Shown here one piece after another: positions 1-9,143 of a DNA stretch of 64,000 nt. The notes beneath the pieces were generated by a model, which had not been told where the DNA came from, ran no database searches, and worked only from the letters and a program-made list of their open reading frames with translations. A program made the position numbers and the translations under genes. The DNA comes from a virus. The stretch lies in IMG/VR virus record IMGVR_UViG_3300016665_000619, positions 1 to 64,000 of that record; one strand, written 5' to 3'. Each line of letters starts with the position of its first letter. Position 1 is the stretch's first letter.

Positions 1-102
1 TTTAACTGCGATCAGGCATATAAGGAACTTAACCAACAGTTTAAGGATTTTGACCAGCAGCTTAAGGAACTTGAGCGGCAGCGTGGTATTGCTCCTGCGT
101 GA
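1..102 (+). CDS. partial hypothetical protein (C-terminal end)
   Basis: Open frame FNCDQAYKELNQQFKDFDQQLKELERQRGIAPA* from the window edge, ending just before the next gene. Confidence 0.6.
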   Translation, partial: FNCDQAYKELNQQFKDFDQQLKELERQRGIAPA

Positions 103-110
103 GATTTGAT

Positions 111-353
111 ATGACTTGGGATTATAGAATTATTGAGCATAAGAACCTTGATGGTAGTTCATGGTTTGCTATCCACGAGGTTTATTACGACGCCGAGGGT
201 AATCCGGAATATTGTTCTGAGGGACCATGTTCTGCTCACGGTGAAGATACCGAGGCACTAATTACCGATATGCAGTATATGATGCAAGCCCTTAAGCACC
301 CGCCGCTGCTTTATAGCCACTTCACTAACAAGGAGCATCGTCCCGATGTCTGA
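111..353 (+). CDS. conserved phage hypothetical protein
   Basis: MTWDYRII...FAIHEVYYDAEGNP resembles a common small phage protein family; ATG 111 preferred over GTG 99. Confidence 0.7.
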   Translation: MTWDYRIIEHKNLDGSSWFAIHEVYYDAEGNPEYCSEGPCSAHGEDTEALITDMQYMMQALKHPPLLYSHFTNKEHRPDV

Positions 354-552
354 GGTTAGAAACGTCGCTAATGGACAGATATACGCCCTCTATTGGGCTG
401 TATATGCTAACGCTCGTCCAGAACTTGTCGCCGTTCCTAAAGACCTCTCTATAAACACCGTGCGTCATGCTAATCGCATGGATTACGTTTCTATTAGCTC
501 AGAAGCTATCCAGGCAGTTAAGGCTACTTCTTCCACAAGGATGGATCCATGA
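346..552 (+). CDS. hypothetical protein
   Basis: AAGGAG upstream; overlaps both neighbours as in an operon. Confidence 0.6.
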   Translation: MSEVRNVANGQIYALYWAVYANARPELVAVPKDLSINTVRHANRMDYVSISSEAIQAVKATSSTRMDP

Positions 553-821
553 ATAAGTTTATTTTATTTTTAATTCCCTTTTCTCTAATCTGTTGCGTTC
601 CTTCTAATATTCGTCCCGAAACGGTTGATCTGGATAGGGATGGAATGTGGAGAAGTTGTAATTTTTATGTTACAGATCATGAATGTGGGATTCTTTCAGA
701 ACCACGTTTGAGATATGAATGTTCTTTGGAAATGCAAGCACTCTATATTTCTCAATCACCTGGGCGTCAACGTCAATGGCTTCGTTCCCACGGCTGTCCT
801 TCACACGCCATTAACAATTGA
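549..821 (+). CDS. Cys-rich putative lipoprotein/secreted protein
   Basis: MNKFILFLIPFSLICC signal-like N-terminus; several Cys; ATGA coupling. Confidence 0.6.
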   Translation: MNKFILFLIPFSLICCVPSNIRPETVDLDRDGMWRSCNFYVTDHECGILSEPRLRYECSLEMQALYISQSPGRQRQWLRSHGCPSHAINN

Positions 822-1186
822 ATATGCGCCTTATATTAATACCTCTACTGTTAGTCACGGCTTGTGCTAATGAAGTAGCCTTACATAAGGAAAATCTGAT
901 CACACCAGATCAAGTTATCGCTCGTTGTGATCACGCTTGTTCTCTTCCAGTTGATCGTTGCACAAATTATAATCAGGAAAGCTGCGTTGAACAATGCTTA
1001 ACTGTCAATGAATCATTGGATGAATACACACGTCAAGATATTGAATATTTTGAAGCTTGTATTCAATGTCATATTCGTCAAGTGTGTGAACGCAAGTTTT
1101 CACCCGATTGTTTTCCGGATTGTCTTGCTCACATTGTATCGCCGCATAGTGGTTGTCCCTATGACGATCCTAATGCTGGTATTTAG
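818..1186 (+). CDS. Cys-rich putative lipoprotein
   Basis: MRLILIPLLLVTAC lipobox-like signal; Cys pattern shared with 1252..1530. Confidence 0.7.
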   Translation: MNMRLILIPLLLVTACANEVALHKENLITPDQVIARCDHACSLPVDRCTNYNQESCVEQCLTVNESLDEYTRQDIEYFEACIQCHIRQVCERKFSPDCFPDCLAHIVSPHSGCPYDDPNAGI

Positions 1187-1251
1187 TTTAAAAACCAATT
1201 TCAATACGATAATATTGAATATAAGCTAACAACAAGATACCGGATAAAGTT

Positions 1252-1530
1252 ATGAGAAACGTTATTATTACTTCTATTTTTCTTCTCGGGTGCAATAGCG
1301 GCTATAGTCAGCAACAGATTCAATGCAGAGATTTGTGCAGCACGCTGGAATATACCTGCCGCCCCACAAACGTCGGAACATATGAATATGATCTTTGCTA
1401 TGATTATTGCATCGGTCTTCCTAATCAACAAGAAGTAGATAACTTCCAGAGTTGTAGTGAGTGTTATATGGCTATTGAATGTAACGACGATCTATACGCT
1501 ACAGTCTGCTATCCGGATTGTGAGAGTTGA
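1252..1530 (+). CDS. Cys-rich putative lipoprotein (paralog of 818..1186)
   Basis: MRNVIITSIFLLGC lipobox; ends CYPDC, like CFPDC in the paralog. Confidence 0.7.
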   Translation: MRNVIITSIFLLGCNSGYSQQQIQCRDLCSTLEYTCRPTNVGTYEYDLCYDYCIGLPNQQEVDNFQSCSECYMAIECNDDLYATVCYPDCES

Positions 1531-1531
1531 T

Positions 1532-1822
1532 ATGAAGCTTCTACTGACCGCTGGTGGCGGAACCAAGACAATCTATGATGTTGGTGATCAGGTAACTTTT
1601 AGAAACATTTGGGCGCCAAAAGGCGCTGCTTATGGGACAGATAAGAAGTCCGGAGCAAATCTAATCGTTTCAGATTTTATTGAAGACGGCACCTCATATA
1701 CGATTAAGGAAGTAATCCCGGCTAACGTTCATAAGATGCATGACCTATATCGTTATGTGATTACTGCAACAAGAAACAACCAAGAACTAGATTTGATTCT
1801 ATCCGAGATTTACCTGCGTTGA
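1532..1822 (+). CDS. hypothetical protein
   Basis: ATG 1532 directly after the previous stop, with GAGAG upstream. Confidence 0.6.
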   Translation: MKLLLTAGGGTKTIYDVGDQVTFRNIWAPKGAAYGTDKKSGANLIVSDFIEDGTSYTIKEVIPANVHKMHDLYRYVITATRNNQELDLILSEIYLR

Positions 1823-1827
1823 TTAAC

Positions 1828-2079
1828 ATGGATACTGAAACTGTTGAACTTAATATTGGTGCTCTTGTTCGCTTTTGTGCTTCTGCAAGTATGTTTTGGG
1901 AAGATCAAAATGAGTTCTCACCAGATTTTGATAAGGAGCAGTATGCCAACGACATTTATCCAGAAAATGAAAATCCGCTCGCAATGATTATTGGAGCGGA
2001 CTTCACGGGGGTATATGTTAGGGTGTTGTGGGGAGAAAGGAGAGGCTGGGTTTTAAATACGGCTCTCTCGTCACTCTAA
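1828..2079 (+). CDS. hypothetical protein (SH3-like beta-rich C-terminus)
   Basis: ORF in the operon; VYVRVLWGERRGWV. Confidence 0.55.
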   Translation: MDTETVELNIGALVRFCASASMFWEDQNEFSPDFDKEQYANDIYPENENPLAMIIGADFTGVYVRVLWGERRGWVLNTALSSL

Positions 2080-2082
2080 ATA

Positions 2083-2799
2083 TCAGTCAAGCTTGCAAAC
2101 TTCCTTTAACGAAGGAAGTTTTTTTGCTTTTTTATTTTCTTCCATTGTTGGCTGGAATCCGCCTGTAACTCCACGAGTTAATCCGCCTCTGGCTCTAGCT
2201 GGCATATCAGCTCTTGGAGCATTTGAAGCTGCTGGAATGCCGGTTCGTGGTGTTGGAACGCTAACAGTGCTTTGTCCAAGTTCAGAACCTTTAATAGCTT
2301 GGCTAATTTTTGTATTAGCATCGGCTACAGCTTGTTGAAGCTGGCGTAATGTTCCACGTGCGGTTTTGAAAGTTGATTGTAATTTCTCAAATACTCCTGG
2401 CAAAGCCATTCTTTTTTCTTTATTATCAACAACGTCTTTAAACTCGCCGTATAGATCAACTAAAGAAGTTACATATTGGTCAAGAGCTCCATCGAGAGCA
2501 TCTACATCGCCAATTCTCATGCCTTTAAGCGCCTTCTCTTTTTGTGCTACTGTTTTAAGACCATTTTCCAATGCTTTCATTTCTGGAATGTCTTTTTCAA
2601 CATCGGAGGTAGTTGCACCACCATAACCCTTATAGCCTGGGACTAGTCCTCTGCCAACTGCCGAACCCATAGCAGATAATCCTTGCTTGATATTTTGAAA
2701 GAATTGCTCATTCAAAACTTCATTATTATAGCGTGAAAGTTTTCCCTCGAGAAGAGAATATTTTACTGATTCTGCTAACATGTTTTGTTGTTTTTTCAT
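2083..2799 (-). CDS. hypothetical helical protein, possible virion protein
   Basis: 238 aa; GAGGG RBS; ATATTTA motif upstream; LLE/LNE motifs near the N-terminus. Confidence 0.7.
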   Translation of the reverse strand: MKKQQNMLAESVKYSLLEGKLSRYNNEVLNEQFFQNIKQGLSAMGSAVGRGLVPGYKGYGGATTSDVEKDIPEMKALENGLKTVAQKEKALKGMRIGDVDALDGALDQYVTSLVDLYGEFKDVVDNKEKRMALPGVFEKLQSTFKTARGTLRQLQQAVADANTKISQAIKGSELGQSTVSVPTPRTGIPAASNAPRADMPARARGGLTRGVTGGFQPTMEENKKAKKLPSLKEVCKLD

Positions 2800-2846
2800 T
2801 TTCAGCCCTCTGTATAAACTTTAAATATCTTATATGACAACAAAAG

Positions 2847-2875
2847 TTTACAACTAAATCGCTTTTTGTTATTCT
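2847..2875 (+). promoter_or_regulatory. sigma70-like promoter (extended -10) for tdk
   Basis: TTTACA, 17-nt spacer ending TGt, then TATTCT; ATG 10 nt downstream. Confidence 0.6.
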
Positions 2876-2884
2876 ATTCTAGAT

Positions 2885-3469
2885 ATGAAAAACGCAATTT
2901 TAAAAGTCTATGCCGGACCTATGTATGCCGGTAAAACAACTTCTCTTCTAGGAGAACTAACCATCGCCATAGATAATGGTAAACGTCCTCTTGTAGTTAA
3001 ACCTCTAATAGATAATCGTTACTCAGATGATGATATCGTTTCACATGATGGTATATCAGTTAACCAAATAACAGGGGTTAAAGCTTTACGATTGCCAACA
3101 GATGAAATTCCAAGTCTTGATCAAATTAAAGATATTGATATTATCTTTGTTGATGAAGCTCAATTCTTTACAAATATTGGCAATGCTATAGATGCTTATC
3201 TGGAATTAGGAATAGATGTTGTTGCCGTAGGTCTAGATATGGATAGCAATGGCAAACCATTCGGTTCTATGCCAGCATTGCTAGCAAAAGCAAATAAGGT
3301 TCACAAGCTTACAGCTACTTGCTCTGTTTGCGGTGATACAGCCACAAGAACATATCGTAAGCCCGGTTCTTCAAAAGATCAGGTTCTAATCGGCGGCACA
3401 GAAACGTATGAACCTCGTTGTCTGGAACATTGGTCCCCTAGAAAAGCCTCTATCGCACCCGCAGCATGA
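2885..3469 (+). CDS. tdk: thymidine kinase
   Basis: GPMYAGKTT P-loop, DEAQF, GLDMD, CSVC...PRC zinc lasso, IGG.ETYEP. Confidence 0.95.
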   Translation: MKNAILKVYAGPMYAGKTTSLLGELTIAIDNGKRPLVVKPLIDNRYSDDDIVSHDGISVNQITGVKALRLPTDEIPSLDQIKDIDIIFVDEAQFFTNIGNAIDAYLELGIDVVAVGLDMDSNGKPFGSMPALLAKANKVHKLTATCSVCGDTATRTYRKPGSSKDQVLIGGTETYEPRCLEHWSPRKASIAPAA

Positions 3470-3470
3470 T

Positions 3471-3498
3471 AAAAGCCCTGTAAATCAGGGCTTTTTTA
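3471..3498 (+). terminator. intrinsic terminator
   Basis: AAAAGCCCTG-taaat-CAGGGCTTTT followed by T tract. Confidence 0.85.
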
Positions 3499-3502
3499 TT
3501 AC

Positions 3503-3531
3503 TTGAAAATATTCAATCCGATTGATACCAT
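3503..3531 (+). promoter_or_regulatory. sigma70-like early promoter (extended -10)
   Basis: TTGAAA, 17-nt spacer ending TGa, then TACCAT; ATG at 3538. Confidence 0.7.
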
Positions 3532-3537
3532 GTATAT

Positions 3538-3753
3538 ATGCGAATGAAGAACATCTACTCCATGCTCGGCTCGGTTGGACTTCTTAACCTTCTCGGGACG
3601 GAAGAGGTCTGTCAGGCTCTTAACCTCTGGCACTCGGGTATCCTCTCGCATGATGAAACTCTGGACCGTCTCGGCGGGCACTCGTCCTATGTGTTGACCC
3701 ATCAGGATTATCGGATGGTGCTCAGTTATCTACACAATACCCTCTGCCGCTGA
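3538..3753 (+). CDS. hypothetical early protein
   Basis: Directly downstream of the promoter; higher GC. Confidence 0.55.
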   Translation: MRMKNIYSMLGSVGLLNLLGTEEVCQALNLWHSGILSHDETLDRLGGHSSYVLTHQDYRMVLSYLHNTLCR

Positions 3754-3764
3754 ACGATAAAAAC

Positions 3765-3920
3765 ATGGAAAAGCGAAACTCATATAAGAAGGCAATCATC
3801 GGTCCCGGTGGTCTAAACTGCTCCTGCTGCCGTTGTGGCACCAAGGGATTTGCCAAGCGTCTTAACAATCGTGGTAAGCGCAGGATTGCAAAGATTGCTC
3901 TACATAACGACGTTATCTGA
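3765..3920 (+). CDS. small basic Cys-cluster protein (51 aa), absent from the ORF track
   Basis: MEKRNSYKKAIIGPGGLNCSCCRCGTKGFAKRLNNRGKRRIAKIALHNDVI*; fills the gap between 3753 and 3923. Confidence 0.7.
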   Translation: MEKRNSYKKAIIGPGGLNCSCCRCGTKGFAKRLNNRGKRRIAKIALHNDVI

Positions 3921-3922
3921 TT

Positions 3923-4330
3923 ATGAATTTCCGTAAGGGTGCAAAGGTTTACGCTGTCCGTCCTGGCAATAGTCAGGTGGGCGAATATAAGTTTGCTCTT
4001 GCAGGTATTGATCATGCCTTCCTGCATATGCCGAAGGATCTATGGGACGATGCTCCCGAAGGGGAGTTGTTCCCCATTCCTCTAACCCACGTTTTCCGCA
4101 CAAAGGCAGAAGCAAAGGCTTTTGCAAATACGCTTGGTGTGAAGGTTGGTGATATTGTTGCGGTAGCCTCGTGGAATACATATCGTCAGGGCTTGGTTGT
4201 TAAGACCACTGATACCATGTTTGAAATGCTGCTTGGCAATGATGCTGATATCCAGCATAACAATGGTAAGATGAAGTCCAGGCACCATAAGAAGAATGCT
4301 ATTGTGCTTGCCCGTGGAGTCCATGCATGA
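3923..4330 (+). CDS. hypothetical protein (tandem paralog A)
   Basis: Shares PL.HVF.TK..A.A, KVGD.VAV, GLVVK and NNGKMK with 4327..4728. Confidence 0.8.
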   Translation: MNFRKGAKVYAVRPGNSQVGEYKFALAGIDHAFLHMPKDLWDDAPEGELFPIPLTHVFRTKAEAKAFANTLGVKVGDIVAVASWNTYRQGLVVKTTDTMFEMLLGNDADIQHNNGKMKSRHHKKNAIVLARGVHA

Positions 4331-4728
4331 AACCCGGCGATAAGGTATATGTTGCCAAGATCGGATACCATGAAGGCGTCTATGAATATACCTTGGAGGA
4401 ACTGGGCATTAATCGGGCAATCATGCGAGTTAAGGTAGAAAGCCTATATTTTGAGAAACCAGACCAGTTCGTTTCTTTTCCGTTGAGCCACGTATTCCCG
4501 ACAAAGGAACAAGCAGAAGCTTGTATCGGAAATGTTAAGCCGAAGGTAGGAGACTATGTGGCGGTGCTTGAATCAACTGTAATCATTCGGGGATTGGTCG
4601 TAAAAGTAAATCCAAAAATGACAGAGATCCTATTGTGCAACGAAGAAGATATTAGGCGCAATAACGGCAAGATGAAGAAGCGGTATTACCATCATCAGAT
4701 CATTCCTCTAATCCAAAGTCAGCAGTAA
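4327..4728 (+). CDS. hypothetical protein (tandem paralog B)
   Basis: Paralog of 3923..4330; ATGA overlap. Confidence 0.8.
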   Translation: MKPGDKVYVAKIGYHEGVYEYTLEELGINRAIMRVKVESLYFEKPDQFVSFPLSHVFPTKEQAEACIGNVKPKVGDYVAVLESTVIIRGLVVKVNPKMTEILLCNEEDIRRNNGKMKKRYYHHQIIPLIQSQQ

Positions 4729-4749
4729 GCAAACCAAATATTAAACAAT

Positions 4750-4780
4750 AAAGCCCAGGTTTCCCTGGGCTTTTTGTTTT
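4750..4780. terminator. bidirectional intrinsic terminator
   Basis: AAAGCCCAGG-tttc-CCTGGGCTTTTT between convergent genes. Confidence 0.85.
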
Positions 4781-5920
4781 TCAGCTTTTCTTAAACAACT
4801 TTACAATCAGATCGTTATAACCTTTAACGTTTCTCTCATGCTCTGGTAAGAACTTAGAGATATATTCTCTTGAGTTCTTAAGATACTCTTCACGATATCC
4901 TGGCACCTTATCAAATACCTTTATCACTTCGTGAAGATGTTTAACTGCCATTTCATCATCAAATCTTGGATAATACCAGCCTAACCCTGGAACCATTGCT
5001 GCATTATGAACAACAGGAAAACCTAACCAAGCGGCATCAAAATAAAGATAGTTCAAGTCACAATCTTGTTGATGAGAAAGAACAATGTCGGTATGCTTTT
5101 GAAGCGCCCATGTAATAGGATAACGAGCCTCAAAGAACATTTTCTTTGCACGATTAACATGAAGGTCTAATGCAAATCTTAAGAATGACTTTTTATCCTT
5201 TATGTGGGCGGTGCCAAACATACTGAACTTCTTAACTTCATTAGGATACTTCTCATGGAACTTCTCAGCTATAATCATCGGAAAGATAGCTGTCTTGTTC
5301 ATACCAATATTTGGTTCAAAGGTAGATATTCTCTTTTGTGGCTCACCACTTGGCTGATATACTTCTGGATATCCCTTAAGCTTCAACTCTTCAACGTGAT
5401 GCATTAAGAAACGAGGCGACCATATATAAGGTCCAATTTCTGCCGGTGCATCATACATTACTTCAAACAAAGCTTTGTTGTTCTCATATAGATGCGGAGA
5501 TATCCATGAACCATCCAATCCTTTTACCTTACGAATAATGCTTGGATGATCAGTCTTGAATAGAACGTTCTCAAGGAATCCATAATATTCATTACCCATT
5601 GCGTGATTGATTACTTTTGCACCCTTCTCACGTGCTGCTTGTATCTCTCCATCGCCCATGAATATATTAACGTTTATGAACAATTGAACTTTCTCTAATG
5701 CCTCTTTAAAGTCATTAATGATCCACTTTTCATATTCCTTCCAAGGTGATTTGGAAACGTCTTTCTGTGGACCAAAGTTCATGTAGTAACATTCATTTAT
5801 AACGTCTGTCTTTATCAAACAATCTCTTAATATAATAGCATTTTGCTTAATACCATTCGTAAAAAAACTCTCCGTTGGTTCAGCAATGTTTATCGTTATA
5901 GCAGCGTTTATTTTATTCAT
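4781..5920 (-). CDS. DUF2827-like protein (putative GT-B glycosyltransferase)
   Basis: FTNGIKQN, W.SPH, FEPNI...K...P, TDIVLSHQ...LNYLYFD...G.PVVHN motifs; GAGGAG RBS. Confidence 0.7.
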   Translation of the reverse strand: MNKINAAITINIAEPTESFFTNGIKQNAIILRDCLIKTDVINECYYMNFGPQKDVSKSPWKEYEKWIINDFKEALEKVQLFINVNIFMGDGEIQAAREKGAKVINHAMGNEYYGFLENVLFKTDHPSIIRKVKGLDGSWISPHLYENNKALFEVMYDAPAEIGPYIWSPRFLMHHVEELKLKGYPEVYQPSGEPQKRISTFEPNIGMNKTAIFPMIIAEKFHEKYPNEVKKFSMFGTAHIKDKKSFLRFALDLHVNRAKKMFFEARYPITWALQKHTDIVLSHQQDCDLNYLYFDAAWLGFPVVHNAAMVPGLGWYYPRFDDEMAVKHLHEVIKVFDKVPGYREEYLKNSREYISKFLPEHERNVKGYNDLIVKLFKKS

Positions 5921-5993
5921 ACAACTTCTCCTCGCTCCCCATAAATATTCCCATATTCAATAAAACCCTTAAAAATAAGGCAAAAATAATACC

Positions 5994-6022
5994 TTTAAAT
6001 ATTCCAAAACCTCTGCTATCCT
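5994..6022 (+). promoter_or_regulatory. sigma70-like promoter (extended -10)
   Basis: TTTAAA, 17-nt spacer ending TGc, then TATCCT. Confidence 0.6.
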
Positions 6023-6053
6023 GTATAGACAAAGTTAAGGAATCAAGGAATCC

Positions 6054-6803
6054 ATGAAGCTCAATCTCGGTCAGCCCTCCGTCAATACCACCACCAACAT
6101 TCTTGATATTGACGTTCCCGCCCAGCTTGAGGAAAACGTTAATACCGGGTTCGCTCATATTGACGCCCTGTTCGCTGGCGACGGCATTACTCCGTCTACC
6201 GCCGCTATCGTTACTGGCATTCCCGGTGCTGGTAAGACTACCCTTATGCTCCAGCTTGCCGATGCTATCACGGGTGCGGGTCATATCGCTCTTTACAATA
6301 CCGGCGAGGAATCGCTTTATCAGGTTCGTAAGGTCGTGCGCCGTCTCGGGCTTGAGAATGGCTTTATCCCTTCCTATGAGTCCTCTGCACAGGATATCGT
6401 GAAGAAGGCAAAGGCTGTTCAGCGTGCCAATCCCGGTAAGCAGGTCTTCCTCTTCGTTGACTCGCTGCAATGCGTTGAGGTTGATCGTGAGAAGGGGCAG
6501 CGTGGTCGTGGTCCCTCGCAGGGTTCCAAGGAGGTCAACGCTACCGAGATCCTTACGCAATGGGCTAAGGAGACGTTCGGCGTTGCCATGATCATCGGTA
6601 TGGTTACGAAGGACGGAACCTTCGCTGGTAAGCAAGCTATCCGCCATATCGTTGATGCTCACCTTCACCTTTCGGTTGACACGGATCGTAAGAGCGATAC
6701 CTACGGGCAGCGCCTCGCCAGCATGGAGAAGAATCGCTTTGGTCAGTCGGGAATTGGCTATACGTATGAGATCAACTCCTCCGGCGTTCACTTTGAGGTT
6801 TGA
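6054..6803 (+). CDS. RadA/Sms-like RecA-family ATPase (ATPase core only)
   Basis: GIPGAGKTT Walker A, YNTGEES, FVDSLQ Walker B, VTKDG.FAG, HIVD, KNRFG motif; lacks the Zn finger and Lon-like domain. Confidence 0.85.
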   Translation: MKLNLGQPSVNTTTNILDIDVPAQLEENVNTGFAHIDALFAGDGITPSTAAIVTGIPGAGKTTLMLQLADAITGAGHIALYNTGEESLYQVRKVVRRLGLENGFIPSYESSAQDIVKKAKAVQRANPGKQVFLFVDSLQCVEVDREKGQRGRGPSQGSKEVNATEILTQWAKETFGVAMIIGMVTKDGTFAGKQAIRHIVDAHLHLSVDTDRKSDTYGQRLASMEKNRFGQSGIGYTYEINSSGVHFEV

Positions 6804-6830
6804 TCCTCTAAACTAAATAAATCTTCCCTT

Positions 6831-6860
6831 AAAGACCTGGCTTCGGCTGGGTCTTTTCTT
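6831..6860 (+). terminator. intrinsic terminator
   Basis: AAAGACCTGGC-TTCG-GCTGGGTCTTTT. Confidence 0.85.
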
Positions 6861-6881
6861 ATTTGCGGCGTATCTATTATT

Positions 6882-7082
6882 ATGAACCAATCTCAAAAAG
6901 ACCTACTCAAAGTATTCCTATGGAGACTTATCTCTATCCCTATCTCCATGTTTACCACTTACCTCTTTACAGGTAGAGCAGACCTATCTCTATCACTTAC
7001 TATCATACTAACTATAGTCCTTACTATAGGTCAATTCTTCTATGAAAAGCTCTGGCGCTATCTACTAAACAATCATATTTAA
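6882..7082 (+). CDS. DUF2061-like small membrane protein
   Basis: LLKVFLWRLIS...YLFTG...FFYEKLW; two TM helices. Confidence 0.65.
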   Translation: MNQSQKDLLKVFLWRLISIPISMFTTYLFTGRADLSLSLTIILTIVLTIGQFFYEKLWRYLLNNHI

Positions 7083-7087
7083 TGGAT

Positions 7088-7792
7088 ATGAAACTACAAT
7101 CCATCCTTTCTTATCTATTAACAGAAAATATCGGCGGCTTATACGAAGACGTTCTTGAAATAGCTAACTACCCAGAAGGCTTCGACATTAACCAATTCAA
7201 AGACCTCCCCTCCTATGCTGCTAAAGCTAGATACCTACGTTCACATGGTCTAGATAAACTAGGTGCTGGTTCCTCTAGAGCTGCCTTTATAGCTGATAAT
7301 GATACCGTCATTAAAGTAGCTAAGAATAAAAAAGGACTAGCTCAAAATAGAGTAGAAGCTAATATCTCCTCTGACGATTTCATGCCAGCTAATGCTCCTC
7401 TCGCTCTCGTTAAAGACCATGACCCAGATTACGTATGGATTGAATCTGAAAGAGCTAGAAGGGCTAAACCTACCGACTTCCAATCTATCGTAGGGTATCC
7501 TATGAAAGACGTTATCAAAACCGTAAGAGAACTAGTTGATAACTATAAAGATAAACGTCAACCAGTAGCCTCTTACTGGTATCTTAAAGATAGAGAACTT
7601 TTTGATCAACTCTCCGAAACACCATTCATTACCGATCTAGTAGATATCATCGTTAACCATGACCTCGAGATGGGTGACATTGATCGTATCTCCTCTTGGG
7701 GTGTAGTCAATCGTAATGGTTCCCAACAACTCGTCCTCATTGACTACGGACTAGACGATCAGGTCTGGAAACAACACTACGCAAGACGGTGA
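7088..7792 (+). CDS. protein-kinase-like fold protein with putative capsid-targeting leader
   Basis: LGAGSSR glycine loop, VIKVA Lys, QN..E helix C, GD, LVLIDYG; leader MKLQSILSYLLTE. Confidence 0.75.
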   Translation: MKLQSILSYLLTENIGGLYEDVLEIANYPEGFDINQFKDLPSYAAKARYLRSHGLDKLGAGSSRAAFIADNDTVIKVAKNKKGLAQNRVEANISSDDFMPANAPLALVKDHDPDYVWIESERARRAKPTDFQSIVGYPMKDVIKTVRELVDNYKDKRQPVASYWYLKDRELFDQLSETPFITDLVDIIVNHDLEMGDIDRISSWGVVNRNGSQQLVLIDYGLDDQVWKQHYARR

Positions 7793-7796
7793 TCAT

Positions 7797-8633
7797 ATGA
7801 CTAATCTATCCACGCTATTAGAATACCTTGATGAAGATATAGATGAAGCAGCTAAATCTGTTCCAGAAGCCATATCAGAAAAACTTGCGGCGTATACTTC
7901 TAATAACTTCATCATACTATATAACCCTCAAACCGCCGTTAACAATAATAAAAAAAATAAACAAAACTATGTTATCTCCTTTCAAAACGCTATAGTAGGA
8001 TATGTCAGATTTGAACCAAATGATGATTGCGACAATAATACCTATGAGGTTAAAAATAGCGCAGCTCTATCTGGTTACGGTCCTCTAATATATGATCTAG
8101 TACTATCTCAAATATATCCAAAATACCTTATTGCTGATAGAAACTCTATCTCTAATAAAGCTCTTAAAGTCTGGGACTTCTATCTCAATAATAGACCCGA
8201 CGTTAATAAACAACTTCTCTCCTCTATCATTGACTATAATCCAGATAACTCCTTTTGCTCTCTACCCGCTGAAGCCTGGAATAAAAGCCGCTCCTTCTCT
8301 AATATTATCTCTAAACTCTCTGTTATCAAAAGAGAACTACAAGATGCTATTGACTTCAATGATGATCCAAAGTCTATCGCTAAACTCCAATCACAACTAG
8401 ATAAAACTAAACAGAAAGCTGAACTCGCTCTTGCTAAAATACCAACAGCTTACAAATATCAAATCAAATCCCCTAAAGGGCTTACTGCACTAAAAAACAA
8501 TCACTTACGTTTCATTCAACTAGTTCCATCCATGTTCCCTAATGCTAATCTATATAAAAACTTCGATCCTAAACAATACGTTGAACAGGCTCTATTAGAC
8601 GAAGCTGAAACCTTCTTCGAAGATATGTATTGA
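7797..8633 (+). CDS. putative GNAT-fold acetyltransferase with putative capsid-targeting leader
   Basis: IVGYVRF...EVKNSAALSGYGPLIYDLVL...LIADRNSISNKALKVW; leader MTNLSTLLEYLDE. Confidence 0.55.
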   Translation: MTNLSTLLEYLDEDIDEAAKSVPEAISEKLAAYTSNNFIILYNPQTAVNNNKKNKQNYVISFQNAIVGYVRFEPNDDCDNNTYEVKNSAALSGYGPLIYDLVLSQIYPKYLIADRNSISNKALKVWDFYLNNRPDVNKQLLSSIIDYNPDNSFCSLPAEAWNKSRSFSNIISKLSVIKRELQDAIDFNDDPKSIAKLQSQLDKTKQKAELALAKIPTAYKYQIKSPKGLTALKNNHLRFIQLVPSMFPNANLYKNFDPKQYVEQALLDEAETFFEDMY

Positions 8634-9143
8634 TTATATCAAATATCCTTATATTTTACAAACGACACACCCACAAACCCTCATATTATCAAGGCTTTTT
8701 ACTGTTTTAAAATATCCCAATAAAATCAACAGTTTCCTCTAAAACCGCATTTATAACGTGTTTTTAAACCCTTGTGCAATAATGGGGCATATTTGATAGG
8801 GTCATATAAGGTAGTATATAGTAAGTTAGGGACAAGACCCCACTAAACAAACTCTTCGGACTATATCACCCCAATAGTTTATAGCTAGCCAGTAGTAGAG
8901 ATATCTCCTAACCCCCCTAAATAAGTTCTAAAGGGGGTGGGGTAGGGGGCTGTTATACCCCCCCTGTGTTTGATGGGGGGCTACCCCCCTACAAGATGTG
9001 TGGGGCTCTCGTTGTGCTGGACGAGGCCATACCCACACACAAAAATTTTTTTGGAATTTTTGGGAATTGACTTTTCCGGGTCAGGGACTGAATATTTATT
9101 GCAAAATTTTTTTGGGAAAAATTTTTTTGGAAATTTTCCGTTG
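8634..9143. other. structured non-coding region; candidate replication origin or genome end
   Basis: Largest intergenic gap; G/C-run inverted repeats at 8911-9040; three copies of AAAATTTTTTTGG; GC skew inverts across it. Confidence 0.6.
9042..9130 (+). repeat. 3 x AAAATTTTTTTGG direct repeats
   Basis: Copies at 9042-9054, 9103-9115 and 9118-9130, plus degenerate AATTTT(T)GG/CC copies. Confidence 0.85.

Noticed and set aside
1058-1075. CIQCH as a heme-c binding CxxCH motif in the lipoprotein 818..1186
   Set aside because: The paralog has CSECY at the same position, so the cysteines fit a disulfide scaffold better
5913-6791. 292-aa minus-strand ORF
   Set aside because: Antisense shadow of the GC-rich RadA-like gene; no motifs
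9042-9130. Possible CRISPR array
   Set aside because: Repeats are 13 bp, low complexity and irregularly spaced; the Cas4-like nuclease is about 31 kb away and stands alone
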